Source of the DNA: an uncultured Chitinophagaceae bacterium
GTDB taxonomy: Bacteria; Bacteroidota; Bacteroidia; Chitinophagales; Chitinophagaceae
Length of the DNA stretch: 64,000 bases
Assembly (NCBI GenBank): GCA_963710055.1
Contig: CAVPYW010000008.1
Span: 72,794 to 136,793, forward strand
Reading direction: 5' to 3'
Below, piece after piece: positions 11,080 to 19,581 of the stretch. The notes under the pieces were generated by a model. The model was not told the DNA's origin and did no database searches. It worked only from the letters and a program-made list of their open reading frames with translations. Made by a program: the position numbers and the translations under genes. The stretch's first letter is position 1. Each line of letters begins with the position of its first letter.

Positions 11080-12248
11080 GATCGGGTTTCGTTTTTAGTT
11101 TCATTTAATTTATTGAATGCATTGGCAAGATCATCGATAAGATCCGGGGCTTCTTCAAGCCCGACGGAAAGGCGGATGAGACTATCAGCTACGCCGGCGG
11201 CCCTTCTTTTTTCCTGCGGGATAGATCTATGCGTCATTTGAGCGGGATGACATAAGAGGCTTTTTACTCCGCCAAGACTTTCAGCCAACTTGAAATATTT
11301 TGTAGAAGTGACAAATGTTGTGGCTGCTTCTTCTGTATCATTTTTCAATGTGAAAGATACAATGCCGCCAAAACCTTGTGATTGCCTGGCTGCAATATCA
11401 TGGTTGAAATGATCTTTCAAACCGGGATAAAAAACTTTACCGACAGCAGGATGTGTTTCTAAAAATTCAGCAATGATCTGTGCATTGATGCAATGTTGTT
11501 TTATTCTCAACGGTAATGTTTCGATGCCACGAATGACCAGCCAGCTATCAAACGGAGAAAGGATAGCACCGCTGGCATTTTGTATGAACTTTATTTTATC
11601 GCCCCACTCTTTTTCTTTGGTCACAACAAGACCGGCGATAAGATCGCTATGCCCGCCCAAATATTTGGTAGCAGAATGAATTACAATATCAGCTCCCAGC
11701 GAAAGAGGTTGTTGTAAGGCGGGTGAAGCAAAAGTGTTATCCACGCAAAGTAAACACCGGTTGGCCCTGGCTATTCTAGCGATCGCTTCAATGTCTGAAA
11801 TTTTCAGTGTAGGATTGGTCGGTGTTTCGATCCAGATCAATTTTGTTTGCGGTGTAACAGCATTGAAAACATTTTCTGCATTGGTGGTATCAACATAATT
11901 GACCTTGATACCGAATTTTTGATAGATATGCGTGAAGAGCCGAAAGGCACCGCCGTAAATATCATCGACAGCAAGGATCTCATCACCGGTTTGTAAAAGT
12001 TTTAAGACCGCATCTATCGCAGCAAGTCCGCTGCCGAAAGCGATCCCCGTTGTGCCATTCTCTAATTTGGCAATAATGTTTTCCAGTGTTGCTCTTGTTG
12101 GATTGCCGGTGCGGGCATAATCAAAACCTTTGTTTACACCCGGTGCTTCCTGCACAAAAGTGGATGTTTGATAAATAGGAACAGCAAGTGCTCCTGTCAA
12201 TTCATCTACCGGGATACTGTGGATCAGTTGTGTTGCATTGTTACTCAT
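11058..12248 (-). CDS. metB: Cystathionine gamma-synthase / trans-sulfuration PLP enzyme
   Basis: YARTGNPTR, ETPTNP, VDNTF, HSATKYLGGHSD (PLP lysine), AESLGGVKSL; downstream of a SAM riboswitch. Confidence 0.85.
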   Translation of the reverse strand: MSNNATQLIHSIPVDELTGALAVPIYQTSTFVQEAPGVNKGFDYARTGNPTRATLENIIAKLENGTTGIAFGSGLAAIDAVLKLLQTGDEILAVDDIYGGAFRLFTHIYQKFGIKVNYVDTTNAENVFNAVTPQTKLIWIETPTNPTLKISDIEAIARIARANRCLLCVDNTFASPALQQPLSLGADIVIHSATKYLGGHSDLIAGLVVTKEKEWGDKIKFIQNASGAILSPFDSWLVIRGIETLPLRIKQHCINAQIIAEFLETHPAVGKVFYPGLKDHFNHDIAARQSQGFGGIVSFTLKNDTEEAATTFVTSTKYFKLAESLGGVKSLLCHPAQMTHRSIPQEKRRAAGVADSLIRLSVGLEEAPDLIDDLANAFNKLNETKNETRSCQQITN

Positions 12249-12356
12249 TTTTCTTACCCTCCATCTCCCTAAGGGAGTGTTTAGTGATCTTAAAATTGTT
12301 TGTGACTACTTGCAAGAAGGGAAGAGAATAGAATATTACCAGGAGAGCTTTACAAT

Positions 12357-12408
12357 GATCCTCGACTTCGCTCGAATCAAATCACGGTCCTTCGACTTCG
12401 TTCAGGAC
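12357..12408. repeat. Pair of REP-like units CCT(T)CGACTTCG(C/T)TC in the met leader
   Basis: cctcgacttcgctcga at about 12360 and ccttcgacttcgttca at about 12389, seen directly. Confidence 0.6.
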
Positions 12409-12445
12409 AAAAAAAAGCTCACCCGATAAAATCAGATGAGCTTTA
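12409..12445 (-). terminator. Intrinsic terminator of the SAM riboswitch expression platform
   Basis: Minus strand AAGCTCATCTGA-TTTTA-TCGGGTGAGCTT followed by a T run, between the aptamer and metB. Confidence 0.8.
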
Positions 12446-12483
12446 AATATGTTGTTGAAGATATTTTGAAGCTGTGGATCTGA

Positions 12484-12597
12484 CTTATCTGTCCCAACAT
12501 TTATTGTCAGGATGGAATTGGCACCTTTTCCCGCACGTGCGGGACAGGTTGTCAAGGCTTCACCGGGCCATTACCCTCAGCCTTTCTTGATAAGTAG
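12484..12597 (-). ncRNA. SAM-I (S-box) riboswitch
   Basis: Minus strand CTTATCAAGAAAGGCTGAGGGTAATGGCCCGGTGAAGCCTTGACAACC...AAGGTGCCAATTCC...GATAAG matches the SAM-I consensus; upstream of methionine genes. Confidence 0.95.
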
Positions 12598-12613
12598 CTG
12601 TAAAGAACTGGTA

Positions 12614-12621
12614 CAAAGATA
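12614..12621 (-). promoter_or_regulatory. Bacteroidota sigma-70 -7 element (TATCTTTG) driving the riboswitch/met transcript
   Basis: Exact TAnnTTTG match about 17 nt upstream of the aptamer. Confidence 0.7.
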
Positions 12622-12722
12622 ACGGACAAGAATTTTAATTTCCAAATTTCTTCAGTAAAAAATTTTATAAACGAGTGTTTGAAGGAGGCTCCAAATGCAG
12701 TGCAGCTAAAGCTTTCAGGGGT

Positions 12723-13247
12723 TTATATTTTTTTTAGCCAAGCCTCCTGGGAGGGTGCTGAATGATCAATAATGATCTTTTTTTCGATCTTCTTTTGTGC
12801 AGTATGAATGGAATTGCTGATCATTTTATGTTCTATTACTTCATCTTCTTTCATTCCTAATTGTTTCATCAGGCCTGTTATTCTTTCTCCGCCAAAGAGT
12901 TTAAAAAAAGGTTCATCCAGTGAAGAGAAGACACAGGCAGTATCCGGAGATATTTTCTTAAAGAGTTCCTGCTCTTTATTGCTTAAAAGATAATGTTCGG
13001 CATAGATTATTTTTTTACCCTTCAGATGAGAAGCCTCTTTTGCCATCAATAGATTAACGGGTTCATTGGTACGGCTTGTAAAGTAAGTAGCTGCTTTATT
13101 TAAGCTTTCTTCGAACCAGAAAATAAAAAATGTATTCTTGTCGGTGTTCCATTGATCGAAGAGGGCATTCATTTTTGCATCTTCACTCATGACTACTTTA
13201 TCCGTTACCGGAACGCTTGTTTCTTTCTTTTTAAATAAATTGAACAT
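12723..13247 (-). CDS. Small protein resembling a C-terminal fragment of SecA
   Basis: FSSLDEPFFKLFGGERITGLMKQLGMKEDEVIEHKMISNSIHTAQKKIE parallels SecA FYLSLEDDLMRLFGSERI...MG..EGEVIEH.MI..SIE.AQKKVE; no NBD1. Confidence 0.6.
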   Translation of the reverse strand: MFNLFKKKETSVPVTDKVVMSEDAKMNALFDQWNTDKNTFFIFWFEESLNKAATYFTSRTNEPVNLLMAKEASHLKGKKIIYAEHYLLSNKEQELFKKISPDTACVFSSLDEPFFKLFGGERITGLMKQLGMKEDEVIEHKMISNSIHTAQKKIEKKIIIDHSAPSQEAWLKKI

Positions 13248-13336
13248 ACAGGTATTTACCCGCTAAATTAAAAAGAAAGAGGTTGCAGTGTTGCAACCCC
13301 TTTACGTTACTGTAATGAACCGTCCCAATGAAAAAC

Positions 13337-13978
13337 TTAATTAGCTGCTGTTTCAACAACTATTTTTGTTCCGGTATAGGTCCAGGGCTTAGGCTTCTCT
13401 ACAGTTTTTGTTTTTTTGGATTTGGATTTCGTAGTTACTGCAGGAGCAGGTTCTTCAACCGGCGCTGCAAATGCGGCTGCGGGATCTTCAGCATTGAAAG
13501 GTTGACCAATGCTTATGCTTAATGTGTTCAATTCTTTATCAAATATCAACGTACCTTCTGCAACTTCTTTTCCGTCCTCGGTTTTTTGAGCGGGGATCTT
13601 ATAGGTAGCGGGAGATCTTCTAAGCATGGCTTTAACTCTGCCTTGCGGAAGTCCGTCGATCCATACCATTCCTTTGTTTTCTGCATCCAGTGCAATACTT
13701 ACGGAAGGAGCATCTGCATTCGTCCCTGATTCATATTTTCCAATAACAGGAAAAATATCTGCTTCGGTTGAAGCCGGACGGGCTGTTAAATATTTTCCTT
13801 CATACTTTGAAGTGATAGCAGTAACAGTTGGATTCTTTTTTGGATCCCATGTTTGCTGAACAGGTGTAGTTGCAGGATCGACAACCGGCTGTGTATTTGT
13901 TTGAGGTGTTTGAGCATTGGCGCTTGTCATGGCCAGGCAAAATGCTATCACCCCAACGATTCCGAGGGTCTTTTTCAT
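13337..13978 (-). CDS. Secreted hypothetical protein
   Basis: Sec signal peptide (MKKTLGIVG...ANA-Q), Pro/Thr-rich linkers, basic C-terminal segment. Confidence 0.75.
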   Translation of the reverse strand: MKKTLGIVGVIAFCLAMTSANAQTPQTNTQPVVDPATTPVQQTWDPKKNPTVTAITSKYEGKYLTARPASTEADIFPVIGKYESGTNADAPSVSIALDAENKGMVWIDGLPQGRVKAMLRRSPATYKIPAQKTEDGKEVAEGTLIFDKELNTLSISIGQPFNAEDPAAAFAAPVEEPAPAVTTKSKSKKTKTVEKPKPWTYTGTKIVVETAAN

Positions 13979-14193
13979 AAATTAAAATTTTGTTGTTTAA
14001 TAGGTACTCGGCCACTACTTCAAAATATTGTGCCAAACATTTTTTTTGTGGAAAACTTGAAGAATACCGGGCAGTAGAACAGAGAACGTTAAATGTCGAA
14101 TGAAAACGTTTCTTATTGATACTGCGTCACTTCATTTGTTCTGAATTCCTTGTTCATCTGTTCAACATTCATCAGTATCTTCGTAGACTTCAT

Positions 14194-17151
14194 ATGGCAA
14201 AAGCAACTAATAACGGGACAGAAGAGATAGCAGAGAATAAAGAAATGATAGAAGTATTCGGAGCCCGGGTTCATAACCTGAAGAATATTGATATTTCCAT
14301 TCCCAAAAATAAACTCGTCGTCATTACCGGTATCAGCGGAAGCGGTAAGTCTTCGCTTGCATTCGATACAATTTATTCCGAAGGACAACGCAGGTATATG
14401 GAAACCTTCGGTGCTTATGCCCGTCAATTTATCGGTGATATGGAACGGCCGGATGTAGATAAGATCACCGGTCTTTCTCCTGTTATTTCCATTGAACAAA
14501 AAACAACGAATAAAAATCCACGGTCAACGGTTGGTACCGTAACAGAGATCTATGATTTTCTCCGTTTACTTTTTGCAAGGATCGGCGAAGCCTATTCTTA
14601 TAACACGAAAAAGCGAATGGTGAAATGGAGCGAAGACGAAATAGTAGAAAATATTTTTACTAAATACAAAGGAAAAAATATCGCATTGCTGGCGCCATTG
14701 GTGCGTGGAAGAAAAGGTCACTACCGCGAATTATTTGAAGATGTACGGAAAAAAGGTTTTTTGAAAGTAAGAATTGATGGAGAGATCAAAGACCTCGTTC
14801 CTAAAATGCAGGTGGATCGTTATGTGATACACGATATAGAACTTGTGGTGGATCGTTTACAGGTAACAACTGATCTGAAAGCCCGGCTAAGCCAGAGTGT
14901 ACAGCAAACGATGAAGCTTGGAAAAGATCTGATGTTTGTATTATTGGACCTCACCCCAAACCCCTCTCCAAAGGAGAGGGGCCTCGCAGACTCCGGAAAA
15001 ACAAAAAGTCTTTCCAGGTTGAAAGACTCTAAAGCCTCTCCTTCGGGGGGATTTGGGGAGGTCATTATGTATTCCAAATTATTGATGTGTGAAGACACAG
15101 GTATCAGTTATGAAGAGCCATCGCCCAATGCATTTTCATTTAATTCGCCTTATGGCGCCTGTCCCGTTTGCAAAGGATTAGGAACAAAACATCATATTAA
15201 TATGGAAGCGGTGATCGCTGATCCTTCACTCAGTATCAGCGAAGGCGGGATCGCACCGCTCGGGGAAGAAAGAGATGCATGGGTCTATCGCCAGGCACAG
15301 GAGGCAGCGAAGAAAAATAAAATATCATTGAAAACCCCTGTTAGTAAACTTTCAAAAAAGCATTTGAATATAATGCTCTATGGAAATGAAGAGGGGCAAC
15401 AGGAAGATCTTGATTTTGAGAATATGAAATTCGATCCGTATGGGCCATTTGAAGGTATTGTCAACATGATCCAGCGATGGTTTGCGAGTCCATACAGCGA
15501 AACGATAAGGGAATGGACCGAAGATTATATGACCGTCAAACCCTGCGATGCCTGCAATGGCGCAAGGTTGAAAAAAGAAAGTTTGTGGTTCAAAGTGAAT
15601 GGAAGAAATATTTCTGACCTGAGCAATATGAACCTCGATAATTTGGCGGCATGGTTTGACGGGATCGAATTAATGCTCGACAACAAACAAAAGACGATCG
15701 CAAAAGATGTATTGAAAGAAATAAGAGAAAGGCTGCAATTTTTATTAGATGTTGGGTTGACCTATCTCACTTTATTCAGGCCATCGAAATCATTGAGTGG
15801 CGGTGAATCGCAACGCATAAGACTGGCCACACAGATCGGCTCGCAGTTACAGGGCATCACTTATATATTGGATGAACCCTCTATCGGGTTGCACCAGCGG
15901 GATAATCATCGCCTGATCGATGCATTGAAGAATTTAAGAGATATCGGTAATAGTGTGTTGGTAGTGGAACATGATAAAGACATCATGTTAGCGGCGGATC
16001 ATTTAATTGATATTGGACCGAAAGCAGGTTTTCATGGAGGAAAAATTGTAGCGCAGGGCAGTCCTGCCGATATCCTGAAACTGGATACACTTACATCCGG
16101 TTATTTGAATGGTCATCATCGTATTGCCGTTCCCGCGGAAAGAAGAAAAGGCAATGGAAAATGGTTGGAATTAAAAGGAGCCAAAGGAAATAACCTTCAG
16201 AATGTTGATATAAAACTTCCGCTGGGAAAATTTATTTGTGTGACAGGAGTAAGCGGCAGCGGTAAATCAACGCTGATCAATGAAACATTATACCCGATCC
16301 TTTCCAAACATGCTTATGGTTCTAAAATGACACCGCTTGAGTATAAAACGGTGAAAGGACTGGAGCATATCGATAAAGTGGTCGAGGTCGATCAATCGCC
16401 TATTGGAAGAACGCCGCGAAGCAACCCCGCTACCTATTGCGGTTTTTTTACAGAGATAAGAACTTTGTTCGCTTCTATACCGGAAGCAAAGATCAGGGGA
16501 TATACTGCCGGTCGTTTTTCTTTCAATGTAAAAAGCGGCCGCTGTGAAGTGTGCGAAGGCGGAGGAATGAGAGTGATCGAAATGAATTTTTTGCCCGATG
16601 TATATGTGCATTGCGAGAAATGCAATGGCAAAAGATATAACAGGGAAACACTGGAGATCCGTTATAAAGGCAAATCCATTTCCGATGTATTGCAAATGAC
16701 GGTGGAAGAAGCAGTGGAATTCTTTCAGAATGTTCCTTATCTCTATCGTAAGATAAAAGTGCTGGAAGAAGTTGGTTTGGGGTATATCACATTGGGACAA
16801 TCGGCCGTAACATTAAGCGGGGGAGAAGCGCAGCGGGTAAAATTGTCAACGGAGCTTTCTAAAAAAGATACGGGTAAAACATTTTATATTTTGGATGAAC
16901 CAACCACCGGCTTGCATTTTGAGGATATCCAGCATTTGCTCGATGTATTGAATAAGTTAGTGGACAGGGGCAATACGGTTCTTGTGATCGAACATAATAT
17001 GGATGTGATAAAAGTTGCGGATCATATCATCGATCTTGGCCCGGAAGGAGGCGATGGCGGCGGAAGGATCTTATATGAAGGAACACCGGAAGAATTGATA
17101 AAGAATAAAGAAAGTTATACGGCCCAATTTTTAAAAGCGGAGATAGCATAA
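14194..17151 (+). CDS. uvrA: Excinuclease ABC subunit A
   Basis: GARVHNLKN, GISGSGKSSLAFDT, zinc fingers, two LSGGE signatures, LDEPTTGLHF; likely start ATG 14194. Confidence 0.98.
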   Translation: MAKATNNGTEEIAENKEMIEVFGARVHNLKNIDISIPKNKLVVITGISGSGKSSLAFDTIYSEGQRRYMETFGAYARQFIGDMERPDVDKITGLSPVISIEQKTTNKNPRSTVGTVTEIYDFLRLLFARIGEAYSYNTKKRMVKWSEDEIVENIFTKYKGKNIALLAPLVRGRKGHYRELFEDVRKKGFLKVRIDGEIKDLVPKMQVDRYVIHDIELVVDRLQVTTDLKARLSQSVQQTMKLGKDLMFVLLDLTPNPSPKERGLADSGKTKSLSRLKDSKASPSGGFGEVIMYSKLLMCEDTGISYEEPSPNAFSFNSPYGACPVCKGLGTKHHINMEAVIADPSLSISEGGIAPLGEERDAWVYRQAQEAAKKNKISLKTPVSKLSKKHLNIMLYGNEEGQQEDLDFENMKFDPYGPFEGIVNMIQRWFASPYSETIREWTEDYMTVKPCDACNGARLKKESLWFKVNGRNISDLSNMNLDNLAAWFDGIELMLDNKQKTIAKDVLKEIRERLQFLLDVGLTYLTLFRPSKSLSGGESQRIRLATQIGSQLQGITYILDEPSIGLHQRDNHRLIDALKNLRDIGNSVLVVEHDKDIMLAADHLIDIGPKAGFHGGKIVAQGSPADILKLDTLTSGYLNGHHRIAVPAERRKGNGKWLELKGAKGNNLQNVDIKLPLGKFICVTGVSGSGKSTLINETLYPILSKHAYGSKMTPLEYKTVKGLEHIDKVVEVDQSPIGRTPRSNPATYCGFFTEIRTLFASIPEAKIRGYTAGRFSFNVKSGRCEVCEGGGMRVIEMNFLPDVYVHCEKCNGKRYNRETLEIRYKGKSISDVLQMTVEEAVEFFQNVPYLYRKIKVLEEVGLGYITLGQSAVTLSGGEAQRVKLSTELSKKDTGKTFYILDEPTTGLHFEDIQHLLDVLNKLVDRGNTVLVIEHNMDVIKVADHIIDLGPEGGDGGGRILYEGTPEELIKNKESYTAQFLKAEIA
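14947..15063. repeat. 117-bp palindromic MITE/REP-like element inserted in-frame in uvrA
   Basis: Terminal inverted repeats GACCTCACCCCAAACCCCTCTCC...GGGGGGATTTGGGGAGGTC; internal hairpin AGTCTTTC-CAGGTT-GAAAGACT; encodes DLTPNPSPKERG...PSGGFGEV. Confidence 0.8.
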
Positions 17152-17154
17152 AAT

Positions 17155-17186
17155 AAAAAGACCCCGTATCTACAGGGCCTTTTTTA
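17155..17186 (+). terminator. Intrinsic terminator after uvrA
   Basis: AAAAAGACCCCGT-ATCT-ACAGGGCCTTTTTT imperfect stem with T tail. Confidence 0.65.
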
Positions 17187-17237
17187 TAGAAATAAGTGCC
17201 TCGTCCTGAAATAAGTTGACACAAAAGTTGACTTATT

Positions 17238-17651
17238 ATGGATATTATCAATGAAAGGAAGGACTATTCCAAACGCACCCAGCGGGACTACAGTTTAGCT
17301 TTCAAGTTACAGGTGATTAATGAGGTGGAAAAAGGCTATTTGACCTGGAAGCAAAGCCAAAAGAAATATGGTATTCAGGGGCGAAGTACAGTTTTGGTGT
17401 GGTTAAGAAAACACGGAACTTTAGATTGGTCAAGTAAAAAACCGATGAAAAAGAAAGCTCCACCCAAAACTTACATCACTGAATTAGAAGCAAAGATCAA
17501 GAGACTGGAAGCCGAAAAAGAAATTTTGAACCGGGCTATTGATATTGCCGACGAGATGTTTAGTACAGATATCAGAAAAAAGTACTTACCCCTGTCGCAG
17601 CAAGCTTCCGAAAAGCAGCAGGGGGAAGACAACATTCAGTCGGACAAATAG
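17238..17651 (+). CDS. IS3 transposase OrfA (HTH)
   Basis: YSLAFKLQVINEVE...YGI...STVLVWLRKHG HTH plus coiled coil ELEAKIKRLEAEKEIL. Confidence 0.9.
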   Translation: MDIINERKDYSKRTQRDYSLAFKLQVINEVEKGYLTWKQSQKKYGIQGRSTVLVWLRKHGTLDWSSKKPMKKKAPPKTYITELEAKIKRLEAEKEILNRAIDIADEMFSTDIRKKYLPLSQQASEKQQGEDNIQSDK

Positions 17652-18466
17652 CAGCCGCATTAGGTTATAGCCGTCAATGTGTTTATAAACAGTCTAAAAA
17701 TGCTGCTGAAAAATTAATACGACAGCAAGCTGTAAAGCAATTGGTAGACAGAGAACGCAAGCAATTACCGCGGCTGGGCACACGAAAGATTTATTTTCTT
17801 ATAAAAAACGATTTGCAGCAAAGAGGTTTAAAGCTTGGCCGGGATGGACTCTTTGATCTAATGCGATTGTATGGACTGCAAGTCAAACCCAGGCGCCGCT
17901 ATGTGCAGACCACTATGAGTAAACACTGGCTGCGTAAATGGCCAAATATCATAAAACAAAAAACCGTTCGGTATTCTGATGAAGTTTGGGTGAGTGACAT
18001 TACCTATTTAAAAACCGAGCAAGGTAATTGCTATCTTAATATGATAACAGATGCCTGTAGCAGAAAGATTGTAGGCTATGCTGTTGCTGATAACATGGAG
18101 ACCGAAAGCATGATCGGTGCATTGAAAATGGCCATCACACAAAAAAAGAATGCCTGTAGTGAGACTATCCATCATTCAGACCGGGGACTGCAGTATTGCA
18201 GTAAAGAATATGAAATATTGACCCGGCAAAACAATATTACTCTGAGCATGACTGAAAATGGAGATCCTTATGAAAATGCCCTGGCTGAACGGATGAACCG
18301 AACCATTAAAGAAGAATTTGGAATGGACAGGGTCCTGAAAACAAAACAGCAGGCAAAGCAATTAGTTCGGGAAAGCATATTTTTATACAACCAAAAAAGA
18401 CCCCATCTGGCCTTAAAAATGAAAACACCCGAACAAGTCTATCAAACAAAAATCCCGGCTACCTAA
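17579..18466 (+). CDS. IS3 transposase OrfB (DDE), reached by -1 frameshift at A AAA AAG (17576-17582)
   Basis: WVSDITY, IHHSDRGLQY, GDPYENALAERMNRTIKEE DDE motifs; the -1 frame is open from the slippery site to 18466. Confidence 0.9.
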   Translation, partial: KVLTPVAASFRKAAGGRQHSVGQIAAALGYSRQCVYKQSKNAAEKLIRQQAVKQLVDRERKQLPRLGTRKIYFLIKNDLQQRGLKLGRDGLFDLMRLYGLQVKPRRRYVQTTMSKHWLRKWPNIIKQKTVRYSDEVWVSDITYLKTEQGNCYLNMITDACSRKIVGYAVADNMETESMIGALKMAITQKKNACSETIHHSDRGLQYCSKEYEILTRQNNITLSMTENGDPYENALAERMNRTIKEEFGMDRVLKTKQQAKQLVRESIFLYNQKRPHLALKMKTPEQVYQTKIPAT

Positions 18467-18527
18467 GGCACCCGGGACTTATTTTAAATCTGTCAACCTA
18501 TTTTAGGACTATTCAAAGTTTAGCTTA

Positions 18528-18947
18528 TTATTTGTTCGCTGGCATTTTAACCATTCCCCAAACAAAGAGAGCTCCTATTACACCGGCTGCAAGAGCAAGG
18601 AATATACCAAATGAAAGGTATTTCATATTAGCCAATAAAGTGATAAGCGTAAATGCAGCAGCGCCACCGAAGCAGGCAGCTGTGAATGTTTTATCCTGGC
18701 CTTCGAAAGGTTTGGACTTATCACCTACGACAAAAGGCACGATAGCCGCACCGATAAATGCGATAAATGCAACGATACCCAGCTTATGGAGTCCGTTAAT
18801 TGATACGCCACCATAACCATAGCCGAACTTAACATGCCACCACGGTAAAATGCAGGAGATTATTCCAACAGCTGCGATGATGACGGCATAAAGTTTTTGC
18901 TTGTTAAGACCCGCAAGTGGGTTCGACACTGAATTTTGTTGTTCCAT
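18528..18947 (-). CDS. Hypothetical membrane protein (4 TM)
   Basis: Hydrophobic segments, LPW...G...SING-type N-terminal motif. Confidence 0.75.
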   Translation of the reverse strand: MEQQNSVSNPLAGLNKQKLYAVIIAAVGIISCILPWWHVKFGYGYGGVSINGLHKLGIVAFIAFIGAAIVPFVVGDKSKPFEGQDKTFTAACFGGAAAFTLITLLANMKYLSFGIFLALAAGVIGALFVWGMVKMPANK

Positions 18948-19091
18948 AAAAGCTTGGTTGATTTTGGTTTTGGCCTACTCGTATGGCTTTTCGGCATTCG
19001 CCCCTGCTTTTGGGTTCAGGTTCTCCCGTCTTTAAGACAGTCCAATATAGGACAGTTTTTGAAAAATAAGCTTTTGAAAATGATTTTTTTT

Positions 19092-19275
19092 CGCACCGTG
19101 TTGTAACAGTGCCGGGTAGCAGTGGAGATGCGTTTTACGCAGACCCGAAGGTGCGGCAGGAAGTGATTGAAAAAATCTTTTCGGTAGCCAGGGGTACTGG
19201 GTTTTTCACCGGATATGGATTGAATCAATTTTCCTGCCTTGTCTGCCTGAGTGTAAAGAATTACATGAAGGCGTG
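19092..19275 (+). ncRNA. Candidate rod-shaped ncRNA (6S RNA-like)
   Basis: Nested stems found by eye with G-U wobbles that work on the + strand, an asymmetric internal bubble, about 184 nt; not checked with a covariance model. Confidence 0.3.
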
Positions 19276-19581
19276 ACCGTACGGGTTTCTTAGTTATGAC
19301 GATTAAAAAGAGCTAGTGTTAGAAGTTTAAGGTTTCACGTTTATGGTTTAAAGTTTCGTGCTATCGCTGAGAGATTCCGGAGTTGCGGAAACTCAACTTG
19401 AAACCATAAACGTGAAACGATAAACGTTTTTATTACCAGGCAAGCGGGGCAGAGAGTGTTTAATAAAATTTATACTAAATGAGAGTACCAATAGAGAACG
19501 GATCAGGTTTTTTCAACCAGGGTATCAGATTTTATTAAGCTCCCTGCCGCTTACCGGCATGGCATTAAATATCTTTAATGA

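Larger units (their letters stand above)
17197..18515 (+). mobile_element. IS3-family insertion sequence, 1319 bp
   Basis: 26-bp imperfect IRs TGCCTCGTCCTGAAATAAGTTGACAC / revcomp TGAATAGTCCTAAAATAGGTTGACAG (TG...CA ends); 3-bp direct repeat AAG at 17194-17196 and 18516-18518; orfA + orfB. Confidence 0.95.

Noticed and set aside
12238-12429. 63-aa ORF in the met leader
   Set aside because: Antisense to the riboswitch transcript and built from repeat and terminator sequence
14113-17251. Antisense ORFs within uvrA, and similar ones within susC and the PUL enzymes
   Set aside because: Typical antisense open frames of conserved genes with no independent coding evidence
19160-19200. c-di-GMP-I riboswitch (CGGTAGCCAGGGGTAC resembles its 3' part)
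   Set aside because: The conserved 5' GGCAAA/GAAA/GACGCAAAG elements are absent and no gene lies downstream on that strand
19016-19228. 70-aa ORF in the 19-kb intergenic region
   Set aside because: No recognisable motifs or amino-acid bias; overlaps the structured-RNA candidate
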